64,000 nucleotides of DNA from Clostridia bacterium (GCA_017501245.1 JAFVXI010000026.1:30932-94931); one strand, 5' to 3'. Counted from the stretch's first letter, positions 43,045 to 53,874 are shown. The notes: generated by a model not told the origin, from the letters alone. Program-made: numbers and translations.

Positions 43045-43093
43045 CACACCAAATGAGATTTTCGCACGTTGATTTTGGCGTGCGGGAGGTTTT

Positions 43094-44257
43094 ATGAGTG
43101 AGAAAATTATCGGCGTTCTGGGTGCCACGGGCTCCGTAGGTACACAGGCGCTTGACGTAGCCAGAGAGAGGGGCTATAAGGTGGACCTCCTCTTTGGTAA
43201 TAAAAATATAACTAAGATGGAGTCGCTTGCCCGTGAGTTTTCGCCGGCAAGGGTAGTTATGGCAAGCGAGGCTGCCGCCTCCTCGCTGAGGCTCGCCCTC
43301 AAGGACACAGCCACCAAGGTCCTCGGAGGCAGGGATGCGCTTGGCGAGGCGATAGCTCTATCGAGTGCCGAAACGGTAGTAAACGCCGTCTCGGGCTCGG
43401 ACGGTCTGTTGCCGACTCTTGAGGTTATCGAAAGCGGCAAAAGGCTCGCCCTTGCAAACAAGGAGTCGCTCGTCGTCGCAGGCGATATCGTTATGGAGAG
43501 CGCACGCCAAAGAGGAGCGCAGATCCTCCCCGTAGACAGCGAGCATTGCGCTATCTTCCAGTCCATGATGTCGGGCAGCCACGGCGAGATCAAGAGCATT
43601 ATCCTCACCGCCTCGGGCGGCCCTTTCAGGGATAAGAGCATCGAGGAGCTTGAGTCCGTCACCCTTGAGGACACCCTCGCCCATCCCACCTGGTCTATGG
43701 GGCAGAGGATAACCGTGGATTCAGCAACCCTTATGAACAAGGGCTTTGAGATAATCGAGGCAGTGCATCTCTTTGGCATTCCCGAGGATGCGATAAAGGT
43801 CGTCGTCCACAGAGAGAGCATACTTCATTCAGCGGTAGAATACATTGATAACAGTATTATCGCCGAGATGTCCGTGCCCGATATGAGGATGTGCGTTCAG
43901 TACGCCGTCGATTTCCCCGAGCGCAAGAGCGGGGTAGCAGCTCCGCTTGATCTCGCCGCCATCGGCAGGCTGAGCTTTGAGGAGCCCAGGCTCGACGCCT
44001 TTCCTCTCCTCTCGCTTGCCCGCTGCGCAATTTTCGAGGGCGGAGCTATGCCCGCAGTGCTGAACGCTGCAGACGAGGTTGCGGTTGCCGCCTTCCTTCG
44101 CGGCGAGCTTCGCTTTGCGGATATAGCACGTGTTGTCGAGTCGACCTATCTTAAGCTTGGTGAAGCGGCAGAAATCACCGATCTCGGCGGGATCCTTTCT
44201 ATGGATCTCGAGGCCAGAGCCGCAGCAAAGGAAGCGGTGAAGGCAATAATCGCATAA
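43094..44257 (+). CDS. dxr: 1-deoxy-D-xylulose 5-phosphate reductoisomerase
   Basis: GATGSVGTQALDV, LANKESLV, DSEHCAIFQ and ILTASGGPFR motifs. Confidence 0.93.
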   Translation: MSEKIIGVLGATGSVGTQALDVARERGYKVDLLFGNKNITKMESLAREFSPARVVMASEAAASSLRLALKDTATKVLGGRDALGEAIALSSAETVVNAVSGSDGLLPTLEVIESGKRLALANKESLVVAGDIVMESARQRGAQILPVDSEHCAIFQSMMSGSHGEIKSIILTASGGPFRDKSIEELESVTLEDTLAHPTWSMGQRITVDSATLMNKGFEIIEAVHLFGIPEDAIKVVVHRESILHSAVEYIDNSIIAEMSVPDMRMCVQYAVDFPERKSGVAAPLDLAAIGRLSFEEPRLDAFPLLSLARCAIFEGGAMPAVLNAADEVAVAAFLRGELRFADIARVVESTYLKLGEAAEITDLGGILSMDLEARAAAKEAVKAIIA

Positions 44258-44275
44258 CTTTTTTTGGAGAAATAA

Positions 44276-45343
44276 ATGTTTGATACCCTGATTACAATCC
44301 TCGTGTCCCTTTTAGCGTTTGGCTTTCTTATCTTCATCCACGAATTTGGTCACTTTATCACCGCTCGCATCTTCGGCGTTACGGTAACGGAGTTTTCTAT
44401 CGGCATGGGCCCTAAGCTCATGTGGTACGATTCAAAGAAGAGCGGAACCAGATATAGCCTTGCGATGCTACCTATTGGTGGCTTCGTAGCTATGGCGGGT
44501 GAGGACGGGGAGTCCGATGACCCCAACGCATTCAATAAAAAGCCCGCCTGGCAGCGCTTTATCATAACTGCGGCAGGCGCATTCGTCAACATCGTTTTCG
44601 GCTTTCTTGCTATGTTCCTCATCGTCGGAATGATCAAGATCGGCGGCACGACCGTCGGCAGATTCAGCACGAACGAGGAGATGCTCGAGATGGGCGAGAG
44701 CGTTGATCTCACCGACCGCACGAGCTCGGTCCTCAAGGTGGGTGACGTTATCCTCTCCGTTGAGGGCAAAAAGGTCTATATCGCCGACGAGCTTTCCTAT
44801 GAAATTATGAGGCACGGAGATAAGCCAGTTGATCTCGTCATAGAGAGGGATGGCGTGGTAATGGAGCTTAACGACGTCTCCTTCCCCAAGGTCACAGACC
44901 AGGGGCAGGTGTTCGGTGTCCTTGATTTCCGTGTCTACGAAAAGGAAAAGACCTTCGGCAACTTCTTCTCGATCTCATTCAGAAAGACGGGGCTCGTGCT
45001 TCGTATGTGCTGGGAGTCGATATTCGATCTTATCACGGGCAGATATAGCTTTGCGGCAGTTTCGGGCCCCGTTGGTATATCGGGGGCGATAGGCGATGCC
45101 TTCAGCGCAGGCTTCCTCTCGCTTTTAAATATTATTGTAATAATCAGCATCAACCTCGGCTTTATGAACCTTCTGCCCATCCCCGCTCTTGACGGCGGCA
45201 GGCTGATCGTACTTTTCGTCGAGATGGTGTTCAGAAAAAAGCTTCCCGAGCGTGTGGAGGCTATGATAAACACCGTCGGTCTTGCCATCCTTCTCGGCCT
45301 CTCGGTATTAATAATGGTAAAGGATATATTCACCCTCTTCTGA
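44276..45343 (+). CDS. rseP: RIP site-2 metalloprotease (M50, RseP/RasP-like)
   Basis: HEFGHFITARIFGV (HExxH), a PDZ-like middle region, and C-terminal NLLPIPALDGG. Confidence 0.9.
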   Translation: MFDTLITILVSLLAFGFLIFIHEFGHFITARIFGVTVTEFSIGMGPKLMWYDSKKSGTRYSLAMLPIGGFVAMAGEDGESDDPNAFNKKPAWQRFIITAAGAFVNIVFGFLAMFLIVGMIKIGGTTVGRFSTNEEMLEMGESVDLTDRTSSVLKVGDVILSVEGKKVYIADELSYEIMRHGDKPVDLVIERDGVVMELNDVSFPKVTDQGQVFGVLDFRVYEKEKTFGNFFSISFRKTGLVLRMCWESIFDLITGRYSFAAVSGPVGISGAIGDAFSAGFLSLLNIIVIISINLGFMNLLPIPALDGGRLIVLFVEMVFRKKLPERVEAMINTVGLAILLGLSVLIMVKDIFTLF

Positions 45344-45359
45344 CGGGAGAAAGGACGGT

Positions 45360-46454
45360 ATGCTTATGGCAAACAGGAGAGCATCGAGCAGCGTTAAAGT
45401 CGGCTCGCTTACGATAGGCGGCGGCGCTCCTATACTCATACAGTCGATGACCAACACGGACACGCACGACCTTGTCGCAACACTCGAGCAGGCAAAAAGA
45501 CTTGAGGCGGCAGGCTGTGATATCCTGCGAATAACCGCTCCCGACGTCGAATCGGTAAGAACCTTTGAATATCTTAAGGCAAGCGGCATAAGCATGCCCC
45601 TCGTCGCTGACGTCCACTTCAGCCATAAGATCGCCGTCGCCTTAGCAAACAGCGGCGTAGATAAGATCAGGATAAACCCCGGAAACATCGGTGACGAGAC
45701 GGGCGTCAGAGCGGTAGCAGAGGCATGCCGCAGGAATAACGTTCCTATCAGAATAGGCGTTAACTCCGGCTCGGTCGAGCGCTCGATCCTCGAGAAGCAC
45801 GGCGGCCCGACCCCTGAGGCGCTCGTGGAGAGCGCACTCTATCACGCCTCCTTGCTCGAAAAATATGATTTTCATGATATAGTCCTATCCGTCAAGGCGT
45901 CAGGTGTCCGTGATATGATAGCGGCAAACAGGCTCCTCGCCGAGAGGACGAGCTATCCCATTCACCTCGGCGTAACCGAGGCGGGAGGAGGTGACGAGGC
46001 TCTCGTTAAGTCTGCGATAGGCATCGGCACGCTGCTTTCCGAGGGCATAGGCGACACGGTGAGAGTGTCGCTCACGGCGGATCCCGTGGATGAGATCTCA
46101 GCTGCTAAAAAGATCCTCGGCGCACTCGGACTTGACAAAAGCCCGGGGATGGATATAGTAGCCTGCCCGACCTGCGGCAGAACGAGGATAGATCTTATCG
46201 GCATGCTCGCAGATTTTAAGCGCCGTGCCGAGGAGTGCGGTTTGACCTCCTTGCCCGTCAAGGTCGCCCTTATGGGCTGTGCGGTAAACGGACCGGGTGA
46301 GGCACGTGAATGCGATATAGGCATCGCAGGCGGTGACGGAGTTGGACTCCTATTCAAGCACGGAGAGATAGTAAAAAAGCTCCCCGAGCGCGAGCTCGTG
46401 GACAGCTTGATCGCAGAGCTTCTGATAATGAAGAAAAACTCAGCGCAAAATTAA
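45360..46454 (+). CDS. ispG: 4-hydroxy-3-methylbut-2-enyl diphosphate synthase
   Basis: IQSMTNTDT, RINPGNIG, HLGVTEAG and ACPTCGRT...GC.VNGPGE motifs. Confidence 0.93.
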   Translation: MLMANRRASSSVKVGSLTIGGGAPILIQSMTNTDTHDLVATLEQAKRLEAAGCDILRITAPDVESVRTFEYLKASGISMPLVADVHFSHKIAVALANSGVDKIRINPGNIGDETGVRAVAEACRRNNVPIRIGVNSGSVERSILEKHGGPTPEALVESALYHASLLEKYDFHDIVLSVKASGVRDMIAANRLLAERTSYPIHLGVTEAGGGDEALVKSAIGIGTLLSEGIGDTVRVSLTADPVDEISAAKKILGALGLDKSPGMDIVACPTCGRTRIDLIGMLADFKRRAEECGLTSLPVKVALMGCAVNGPGEARECDIGIAGGDGVGLLFKHGEIVKKLPERELVDSLIAELLIMKKNSAQN

Positions 46455-46467
46455 CAGGAAGGACTAA

Positions 46468-49400
46468 ATGATGGCAGAGAGAAAGACCTTTTTCGACGTC
46501 TTTACGAGATATCAGCCAACGGAAGAAAAAAGAGCGCTCTTGCTCCGTGCTACCGAGGTTAAATTCAAATATAGCAGGGAGCCGCAGCTGCGCTTTGAGA
46601 TAGAGCTGTTTTTCCCCTTCCACGAGGATGCGGAGCTTATTTATGAGATAGAGGACGAGTGCCGACTGCTTTACGAGGCGGCGTCCTTTAAGATCATACC
46701 CCATTTCCCCGAGCGTGAGTTTGATATATCGAGATTTGGCGAGATAACCTTTGAGGCGGCTCAGTGCGGAGCGATAACCCACGGCTTCTTCAACGGCGCA
46801 AAATATAACGACGACGGCGAGACCGTCGAGATCTCCATACCCTTTAATGAGATAGGCATAGATTTCGTCAGAAACGCAAACACCGAAACCATACTATCGA
46901 ATATTCTTAAGTCAAGATACGGTATCGACCGCAAGGTCAGAATTACCGAGTCGGCAGACGCCGAGCAGTTCTCAAGAGGAGTTGAGGCTTGGCGCCATGA
47001 GGTGCTTATCGAGGCTGAGAGGGAAGGGCTTGAGCGTGTCAGGCAGGAGCGTGCGGCAGAGGCTCAGCGCAAGCTTGAGATCGAGCAGCAGGATCCTCAT
47101 TACGGCTTTGAAAAGAAGGCGGGCATCTCCTCTCTCTCGGGCAAAAACTCCGTGCTTGGCGAGCATATCTACCGTATGGGTGCATCCACCTATAACGTGG
47201 AGGGCGCCTCCGTAATAGTCGGAAATGATTTTGACCTTATCGAGCCTACGCCTCTATCAGAGCTTGGTAAATCCGGCTCCGCAACCGTATTTCTCGGGAC
47301 GGTCTATTCGGTCGAGTATAAGGAGACCAGAGGTGGCGATAAATTCAGCTGTACGATAGGCTTCTCGGACGGAGCCTGCGGTGCCACGGCAAGAAAAATG
47401 GAGACCCCCGAGGGTCTCGACTGGGTAAAGGGGCTGAAGCCCGGAACCCACGTTGCCGTATTCGGTAAAGCAAGAAGAGATAAATTTGACAACGAATACG
47501 TGATAGATCTTCGCGCAATGAAGAAGATCAAAAAGCAGGAGCGCACCGATGACGCTGAGGAAAAGAGGGTAGAGCTTCACCTGCACACCAATATGTCGCA
47601 GATGGATGCGATCATCACACCGAAGGAGCTTGTCGACACGGCGATCCGCTGGGGTCACAAGGCTATCGCCGTTACCGATCACGGAAACGTTCAGTCCTTC
47701 CCCGAGGTCATGCTCGCCGTCGAAAAGGCGGAGAAGGCGGGTCAGGGACCGCTCAAGGTCCTCTACGGTATGGAGGCTTATTTCGTAAACGACACGGCAA
47801 AATGCATCTTCGGCAAGTATTATCCCGCCTTTGAAGACGAGATGGTCGTTTTCGATATAGAAACCACGGGTCTGTCAAACAAGACCTCAAAGATCATCGA
47901 GATCGGCGCAGTAAAGATCAAAAACGGCGAGATAATCGACAGAATGGACATCTTCGTCGACCCCGAGTGCCCGATTCCCGAGCAGATAACCGTCCTCACC
48001 TCGATAACCGATGAGATAGTCAAGGGCGCACCGAAGGAGAGGGAGGCCCTCGAGATCTTCTTCCGCTTCGTCGGTGACGATATGCTCATCGCCCATAACG
48101 CAAACTTTGATGCGGGCTTCATCCGCGTTGCCGCCGAAAGGCAGGGCATGCCCTTTAATAACACCTATCTTGACACGGTAGGTCTTTCAAGGTACGTAAA
48201 TCCCGAGCTTACCAAGCATAAGCTCAACATCATAGCAGATCACTATAATATAGTTCAAGAGCATCACCACAGAGCAGACGACGACGCAGAGGTCCTTGCC
48301 AGGATCTTCTTCGTTATGCTCGACAGGCTTCGCTCGGAGGGCGTCAACACCTTCCCCGCGATGATCGACGCTATGAGTGAAAACACCGATCCCTTAAAGC
48401 TCCGCCCCTATCATATGATCCTCTTTGCAAAGAATAAGGACGGCTTAAAGAATCTCTACAAGCTCATCTCTGCGAGCTATCTTGATTATTACCACAGGTT
48501 TCCGAGAATACCAAAGACCGTTCTCGAGGAATATCGCGAGGGTCTTATCGTCGGCTCCGCCTGTGAGGCGGGAGAGCTGTACCGTGCCATCCTCGACGGC
48601 AGGAGCGAGCAGGAGATTGAGGAGATAGCCGAGTTCTATGACTATCTTGAGATCCAGCCCCTCGGCAACAACCGCTTCCTCATCGAGGATCCAAAGGTCG
48701 AGAACGTGCGCTCGGATGATGATCTTATAGCAATAAACAAGCATATCTACGAGCTTGGCAAAAAGCTTGGCAAGCCCGTCTGCGCAACCTGCGACGCCCA
48801 TTTCATAAACGAGGAGGACGAGATCTACCGTAGGATCCTCCTTGCCGGAATGAAGTTCAAGGATGCGGACAAGCCTACTCCCATCTGGCTCAGAAACACC
48901 GACGAGATGCTCGCCGAGTTTGCCTATCTCGGAGAGGATATATGCCGCGAGGTCGTAATCACAAACCCAAATATGATCGCCGATATGTGCGAGGTGATGA
49001 GGCCTATCCCCGAGGGCAGATACGAGCCCGATCTTCCCGGAGCTAAGGAGGAGCTTACCGAATCCTGCTGGCGAAGAGCGCACGAGTGGTATGGCGACGA
49101 GCTGCCTAAGATCGTTGAGGAGAGGCTCGAAAAGGAGCTTAACTCCATTATCAAAAACGGATTTGCCGTTCTTTATATGATCGCCGTCAAGCTCGTTGCC
49201 TATTCCGAGAGCCTTGGCTATCTCGTAGGCTCGAGAGGCTCGGTCGGATCCTCCTTCGTAGCTACGATGTCGGGCATCTCCGAGGTCAATCCCCTCAAGC
49301 CGCATTACAGATGCTTAAAGTGCCGCCACAGTGAGTTTATTCTCGACGGCTCGGTTGGCTCGGGCTTCGACCTCGAGGACAAGCGTTGTCCCGTCTGCGG

Positions 49401-50895
49401 CGAATGGATGTATCAGGACGGCCACGATATCCCGTTTGAAACCTTCCTCGGCTTCTACGGCGACAAGTCCCCCGATATAGACCTGAATTTCTCGGGTGAC
49501 GTCCAAGGCAAGGTCCATAAGTACACCGAGGAGCTGTTCGGAAAGGGACAGGTCTTCCGTGCGGGAACGACTACCGGCCTTGCTGATAAGACCGCGTGGG
49601 GCTATATCAACAAATACCTCGAGGAGCGCAGGATAACCATCCCCAAGGCCCAGATCGCATATATGGTAACCAGGATCATGGGAATCAAAAAGACGACGGG
49701 TCAGCATCCCGGCGGCATCATAGTCGTTCCTAAGGAATACGATATCTACGATTTCACGCCTGTTCAGCATCCCGCCGACGATCCTAAGTCGGATATCATA
49801 ACCACACACTTCCAGTTTACTTATCTTCACGATACGATCCTTAAGCTTGACGAGCTTGGCCACGATATTCCGACAAAATATAAGATGCTCGAGAACTACA
49901 CGAACACCAGCGTCCTCGACGTTAAGATGAACGACAGAGCCGTCTACGAGCTCTTTGCATCGACGAAGCCTCTTAAGATCAAGCCGGAAGATATCGGCGG
50001 CTGCCTGCTCGGCACCTACGGCATCCCCGAGATGGGAACGAAGTTCATCCAGCAGGTTCTTCTTGACGCAAAGCCTAAAAACTTCGCCGACCTCGTTCAG
50101 ATATCCGGCCTTACTCACGGAACCGACGTCTGGCTCGGAAACGCTCAGGAGCTTATCAAAAACGGCACCTGCACGATATCCGAGGTTGTTGGAACGAGAG
50201 ACGGTATCATGATATACCTTATGGATCACGGCATGGACAATTCTATGTCCTTCAAGATCATGGAGGACGTAAGAAAGGGCAAGGGCTTAAAGCCCGAGTA
50301 CGAGGCTGCGATGCTCGAGCACGGCGTGCCCGAGTGGTATATCTGGTCTTGTAAAAAGATCAAGTACATGTTCCCGAAGGCGCACGCAGCCGCTTACGAT
50401 ATGTCGGCTATCAGACTTGGTTGGTATAAGATATATTATCCTATGGAGTTCTACGCCGCATTTCTAACCGTAGCTCCCGGCGGCTTCGACGGAGAGATCG
50501 CCGCTAAGGGCTATAACGGCGTTAACGAGGCTATCGGAGCCCTTGAAGCAAAGGGCAACGAGGCGACAGCAAAGGATAACGCCCAGCTCACGACCTTCTA
50601 CCTCGTCAGAGAGGCGATGGCAAGAGGCGTTGAGTTCCTCGGTGTCGATCTTCATAAGTCGGATGCAAAAGCCTTCCTGCCCGAAAATGGCAAGATAAGA
50701 ATGCCCTTTAACTCTCTGCCCGAGCTTGGTGACACTGCGGCGGAAAAGATCGTCGAAACGAGGGATAACTACGAGATCCTGTCCATAGAAGAGCTGAAGC
50801 TCAAGGCAGGCCTCAGCACCAAGATCATCGAGATCTTAAGGCGAAACGGCGTCCTCGACAAGCTCACCGAAACAAATCAGCTCTCGTTCTTCTGA
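46468..50895 (+). CDS. polC: DNA polymerase III alpha subunit, PolC type (with internal 3'-5' exonuclease)
   Basis: 1475 aa. PHP domain (VELHLHTNMSQMD), DEDDh exonuclease (VVFDIETTGLS ... HNANFDAGF ... HRADDDA), Zn-finger CxxC...CPVCG, and the polymerase core. Confidence 0.95.
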   Translation: MMAERKTFFDVFTRYQPTEEKRALLLRATEVKFKYSREPQLRFEIELFFPFHEDAELIYEIEDECRLLYEAASFKIIPHFPEREFDISRFGEITFEAAQCGAITHGFFNGAKYNDDGETVEISIPFNEIGIDFVRNANTETILSNILKSRYGIDRKVRITESADAEQFSRGVEAWRHEVLIEAEREGLERVRQERAAEAQRKLEIEQQDPHYGFEKKAGISSLSGKNSVLGEHIYRMGASTYNVEGASVIVGNDFDLIEPTPLSELGKSGSATVFLGTVYSVEYKETRGGDKFSCTIGFSDGACGATARKMETPEGLDWVKGLKPGTHVAVFGKARRDKFDNEYVIDLRAMKKIKKQERTDDAEEKRVELHLHTNMSQMDAIITPKELVDTAIRWGHKAIAVTDHGNVQSFPEVMLAVEKAEKAGQGPLKVLYGMEAYFVNDTAKCIFGKYYPAFEDEMVVFDIETTGLSNKTSKIIEIGAVKIKNGEIIDRMDIFVDPECPIPEQITVLTSITDEIVKGAPKEREALEIFFRFVGDDMLIAHNANFDAGFIRVAAERQGMPFNNTYLDTVGLSRYVNPELTKHKLNIIADHYNIVQEHHHRADDDAEVLARIFFVMLDRLRSEGVNTFPAMIDAMSENTDPLKLRPYHMILFAKNKDGLKNLYKLISASYLDYYHRFPRIPKTVLEEYREGLIVGSACEAGELYRAILDGRSEQEIEEIAEFYDYLEIQPLGNNRFLIEDPKVENVRSDDDLIAINKHIYELGKKLGKPVCATCDAHFINEEDEIYRRILLAGMKFKDADKPTPIWLRNTDEMLAEFAYLGEDICREVVITNPNMIADMCEVMRPIPEGRYEPDLPGAKEELTESCWRRAHEWYGDELPKIVEERLEKELNSIIKNGFAVLYMIAVKLVAYSESLGYLVGSRGSVGSSFVATMSGISEVNPLKPHYRCLKCRHSEFILDGSVGSGFDLEDKRCPVCGEWMYQDGHDIPFETFLGFYGDKSPDIDLNFSGDVQGKVHKYTEELFGKGQVFRAGTTTGLADKTAWGYINKYLEERRITIPKAQIAYMVTRIMGIKKTTGQHPGGIIVVPKEYDIYDFTPVQHPADDPKSDIITTHFQFTYLHDTILKLDELGHDIPTKYKMLENYTNTSVLDVKMNDRAVYELFASTKPLKIKPEDIGGCLLGTYGIPEMGTKFIQQVLLDAKPKNFADLVQISGLTHGTDVWLGNAQELIKNGTCTISEVVGTRDGIMIYLMDHGMDNSMSFKIMEDVRKGKGLKPEYEAAMLEHGVPEWYIWSCKKIKYMFPKAHAAAYDMSAIRLGWYKIYYPMEFYAAFLTVAPGGFDGEIAAKGYNGVNEAIGALEAKGNEATAKDNAQLTTFYLVREAMARGVEFLGVDLHKSDAKAFLPENGKIRMPFNSLPELGDTAAEKIVETRDNYEILSIEELKLKAGLSTKIIEILRRNGVLDKLTETNQLSFF

Positions 50896-50976
50896 TAAAT
50901 AATCATCCGAGCGCTACCCATAGCGGCGGCGCTCGGAACTAATAAATGATCGTTTTATGTAAATAAAACTTGACTT

Positions 50977-51303
50977 TTATGAGATGAAGAGCAATAAAAG
51001 CAGCATCAGAGCGCATTCCTTATCCCCTTCCTTTGAAAAGAGGAGAAAGAGTGCCGTTCCGCCGATCAGCAATTCCTCAATGCCGAATTTCATGTTCTTC
51101 AAGAGCGGCAGACCTTTAAACGCACCTATCCCTGAGGAAAACAGGCTGCCAAGGAAACCCGAGACGGGTGCGGCGTCGTTGCCTTTCTTTTCCTCTTCCT
51201 CCTCGGGAGGCGGTGCGGCTATATGCTCGGGCTCCATCATAGTTCCGCTGTAGCCCTCCGGCAGGCTGATCCTTTCCTCTTCATCATAGCTACGGGTATA
51301 CAT
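50977..51303 (-). CDS. Small hypothetical protein with acidic/Pro-rich N-half and C-terminal hydrophobic anchor
   Basis: 108 aa. The last gene of three translationally coupled small ORFs, with a TAATG overlap at 51301-51305. Confidence 0.55.
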   Translation of the reverse strand: MYTRSYDEEERISLPEGYSGTMMEPEHIAAPPPEEEEEKKGNDAAPVSGFLGSLFSSGIGAFKGLPLLKNMKFGIEELLIGGTALFLLFSKEGDKECALMLLLLLFIS

Positions 51304-51611
51304 TATATCTTACCTCTCGTTACGTCGAGGATGTCTGCGATGCTTATCATTGCGTCGATTGCTCTCGCTCTTTCCTCGGATAGATAGGGCTTCATTGCGT
51401 TCGCAAGTGTTATTCTGTTTTTACGTCGGCTTGAGATGCTGTGCGCAGGCTCCGTCCTTTCTTCGCTGGGCGCCTCTGCCACCACCTCTTCGGTCACGGC
51501 ACCTCCGTCGCTATCGCTTCGGTTATCCGCCATTTTCTTTATCTCGGAAATCAGCGTCGGGTTTTCCATTATCATGCTTACGATAGACCCGATATCAGCC
51601 GTGTCAGCCAT
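51303..51611 (-). CDS. Small hypothetical protein (102 aa)
   Basis: Middle ORF of the trio, with TAATG overlaps at both ends. No motif recognised. Confidence 0.55.
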   Translation of the reverse strand: MADTADIGSIVSMIMENPTLISEIKKMADNRSDSDGGAVTEEVVAEAPSEERTEPAHSISSRRKNRITLANAMKPYLSEERARAIDAMISIADILDVTRGKI

Positions 51612-51835
51612 TATCTGTTATCCCCCTTATATTTGTTCATTAGTCTGAGTGCGTCAGACATAGTTAGCTTCAGGTCCCCCGAGAGCGCTTTGCGCACCTT
51701 TTCCAAGTCCTCGTGCTGCGGAGTATTCTCCGGGAGCTTGAAGCCGTGGCTTCCCGCAAGCCCCCTAATCGCCTTCCACAATTCGTCGTCATTAAGGCGG
51801 CTAAGCTCGCCGAGCTTTTCTTTGCCTATCTTCAT
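51611..51835 (-). CDS. Small hypothetical protein (74 aa)
   Basis: First ORF of the trio. AGGGAG SD 9 nt upstream of the ATG at 51835. Confidence 0.55.
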   Translation of the reverse strand: MKIGKEKLGELSRLNDDELWKAIRGLAGSHGFKLPENTPQHEDLEKVRKALSGDLKLTMSDALRLMNKYKGDNR

Positions 51836-51900
51836 TAAACGTATCTCCCTTCATATATTCGTTATCAGCATATGACGGGGAGATAAGAAAGGTTCTCGTT

Positions 51901-53874
51901 ATGTATATGCCACCTCCCATGCATCGCAGGCCGCCATCCGACGGCATCGAAAAGCCAAAGGGCATAAAAGATCTGCCTCGCTATTGGTTTCAACGTGCTA
52001 AGGGCTTTTTCTCGAGGCTGTTCTATATAATCGGACTTGTCAGACGTGCGGCACCTCTGATGCTTGTTTTTATGGCACTGCTTTGCATTCTCGACGGTGT
52101 TCTTCCCGTCGTCGGTGCGTTTATCTCGCGCGATCTCTTAAACGTCATAGCAGAGCTTATCGGTCAGCGTCAGCTCGGCATTTTACCCGACGACGTCCTG
52201 GAGGCGCTCTCTCCGCTTATCTTCTTATTTATTCTTAACGTCGTCTATCTGTTCTTTAAAAAGGTTCTCTCGCGCTTAAACACTATGGTCACGGGTATCT
52301 CGGGCGAGCTTGTCGTCAACTATATCAAGATGATGATATTAAAGAAGGCCAAGACGGTGGATCTTTCCTCTTTCGATCGCCCCGAGTTCTATGAAAAGCT
52401 AGAGAACGCAAACAGGGAAGCGTCGATGCGCCCTCTGCACATCCTCTCCGCAACCTTCAGCGTTATCAGTGCTCTGATCAGTGCCGTATCCTTCGTTATA
52501 GTTCTTATCGGGCTCAGTCCTATCGCTCCGATAATTATCCTTTTAGCCTCAATTCCCGGCGCTATTGTAAACTTTTATTATCGAAATCGCAACTTCAGAT
52601 ACATCAGGCATCATTCTAAGGATCGCCGCGAGATGAATTACTATTCATCTATAATGGTCGACAAGGACATGGCTAAGGAGATCAAGATCCTCGGCCTCGC
52701 CGACACCTTTATTGCAAAATACGAGCGTGTTTTCAAAAGATATTATAAGGGGCTGAAGGGGCTTATCCTCAGGGAGGGCGTAGTGCAGATCATCGTCGGG
52801 CTCGTCTCCACGGTCGTTAACTGTGCGCTCCTCGCTTACATAGCCTACAACGTTATTTTCCTTGACGGACTTATCGGTGATTATTCGCTCTATTCGGGAG
52901 CTATATCCTCTATCGGAGGCTACGTTACCACTCTTCTTACGGCAACTGCGACCATCTACGAGGGCACGCTGTTTATCGACAACGTTATGACCTATATGAA
53001 GGAGCCCTCGAGGATCGTCGCTCCCCCTGAGGCAAAGCTACCCGTTAAGGGCGGCTCTCACGTCATCGAATTCGAAAACGTCAGCTTTATGTATCCCGGC
53101 ACCGATCGCTACGTGCTTAAAAACGTTGATCTGCGCTTCGATGCAGGCGAGTCGGTTGTTCTCGTCGGTCTTAACGGCGCAGGCAAAACGACCCTTATTA
53201 AGCTCCTCACGAGGCTCTACGATCCCACTGAGGGACGCATACTTCTCGATGGCGTTGATCTTCGCTCCTATGATCCCGAGGCGCTTTACGATCTGTTTGG
53301 CATCATCTTCCAGGATTACGGCAAATATGCCGAAACTGCGGGCGAAAACATCAGGCTTGGCGATGCAGACCGTGAGTATGACGAGGGCGAGGTGTCCGTC
53401 GCTGCTAAAATGGGCGGTGCGCATCCCTTTATCTCCGAGCTTCCGGACGGTTACGATACGCCGCTTACACGCCTGTTTGAAGAAAACGGCATAGAGCTTT
53501 CCGGCGGTCAGTGGCAGAAGATCTCGGTCTCCAGAGCCTTCTTCAAGGAGTCTGACATCCTCATCCTCGATGAGCCTACCGCATCCCTCGACCCCCTTGC
53601 GGAGCAGGAGGTGTTCAATCAGTTTGCAGCCCTCTCTAAGAACAAAACGACAATATTCGTTTCTCACAGGCTCTCGAGCGCCGTCAGCGCAAGCAAGATC
53701 GTCGTCATTGACAACGGTGAGATCGCCGAGGTCGGAAACCATAAGGAGCTTATGGCAAAGGGCGGAAAGTATTACACGCTCTTCTCGGTTCAGGCAAAGA
53801 GATATACCGGCGAGGACGTTGGCGAAAACGAGCGTTACGCTCAGCGCTTTATAGAAGAGAAGCGCGGGGAGTGA
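51901..53874 (+). CDS. ABC exporter, fused permease/ATPase
   Basis: TM domain followed by an NBD (GLNGAGKTT, LSGGQWQKISVSRAF, ILILDEPTASLD). Confidence 0.85.
   Translation: MYMPPPMHRRPPSDGIEKPKGIKDLPRYWFQRAKGFFSRLFYIIGLVRRAAPLMLVFMALLCILDGVLPVVGAFISRDLLNVIAELIGQRQLGILPDDVLEALSPLIFLFILNVVYLFFKKVLSRLNTMVTGISGELVVNYIKMMILKKAKTVDLSSFDRPEFYEKLENANREASMRPLHILSATFSVISALISAVSFVIVLIGLSPIAPIIILLASIPGAIVNFYYRNRNFRYIRHHSKDRREMNYYSSIMVDKDMAKEIKILGLADTFIAKYERVFKRYYKGLKGLILREGVVQIIVGLVSTVVNCALLAYIAYNVIFLDGLIGDYSLYSGAISSIGGYVTTLLTATATIYEGTLFIDNVMTYMKEPSRIVAPPEAKLPVKGGSHVIEFENVSFMYPGTDRYVLKNVDLRFDAGESVVLVGLNGAGKTTLIKLLTRLYDPTEGRILLDGVDLRSYDPEALYDLFGIIFQDYGKYAETAGENIRLGDADREYDEGEVSVAAKMGGAHPFISELPDGYDTPLTRLFEENGIELSGGQWQKISVSRAFFKESDILILDEPTASLDPLAEQEVFNQFAALSKNKTTIFVSHRLSSAVSASKIVVIDNGEIAEVGNHKELMAKGGKYYTLFSVQAKRYTGEDVGENERYAQRFIEEKRGE

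Noticed and set aside
50906-50937. A 9-bp hairpin, TCCGAGCGC...GCGCTCGGA, between convergent polC and the small-ORF trio.
   Set aside because: There is no U-tract on either strand, so it is not called as an intrinsic terminator.
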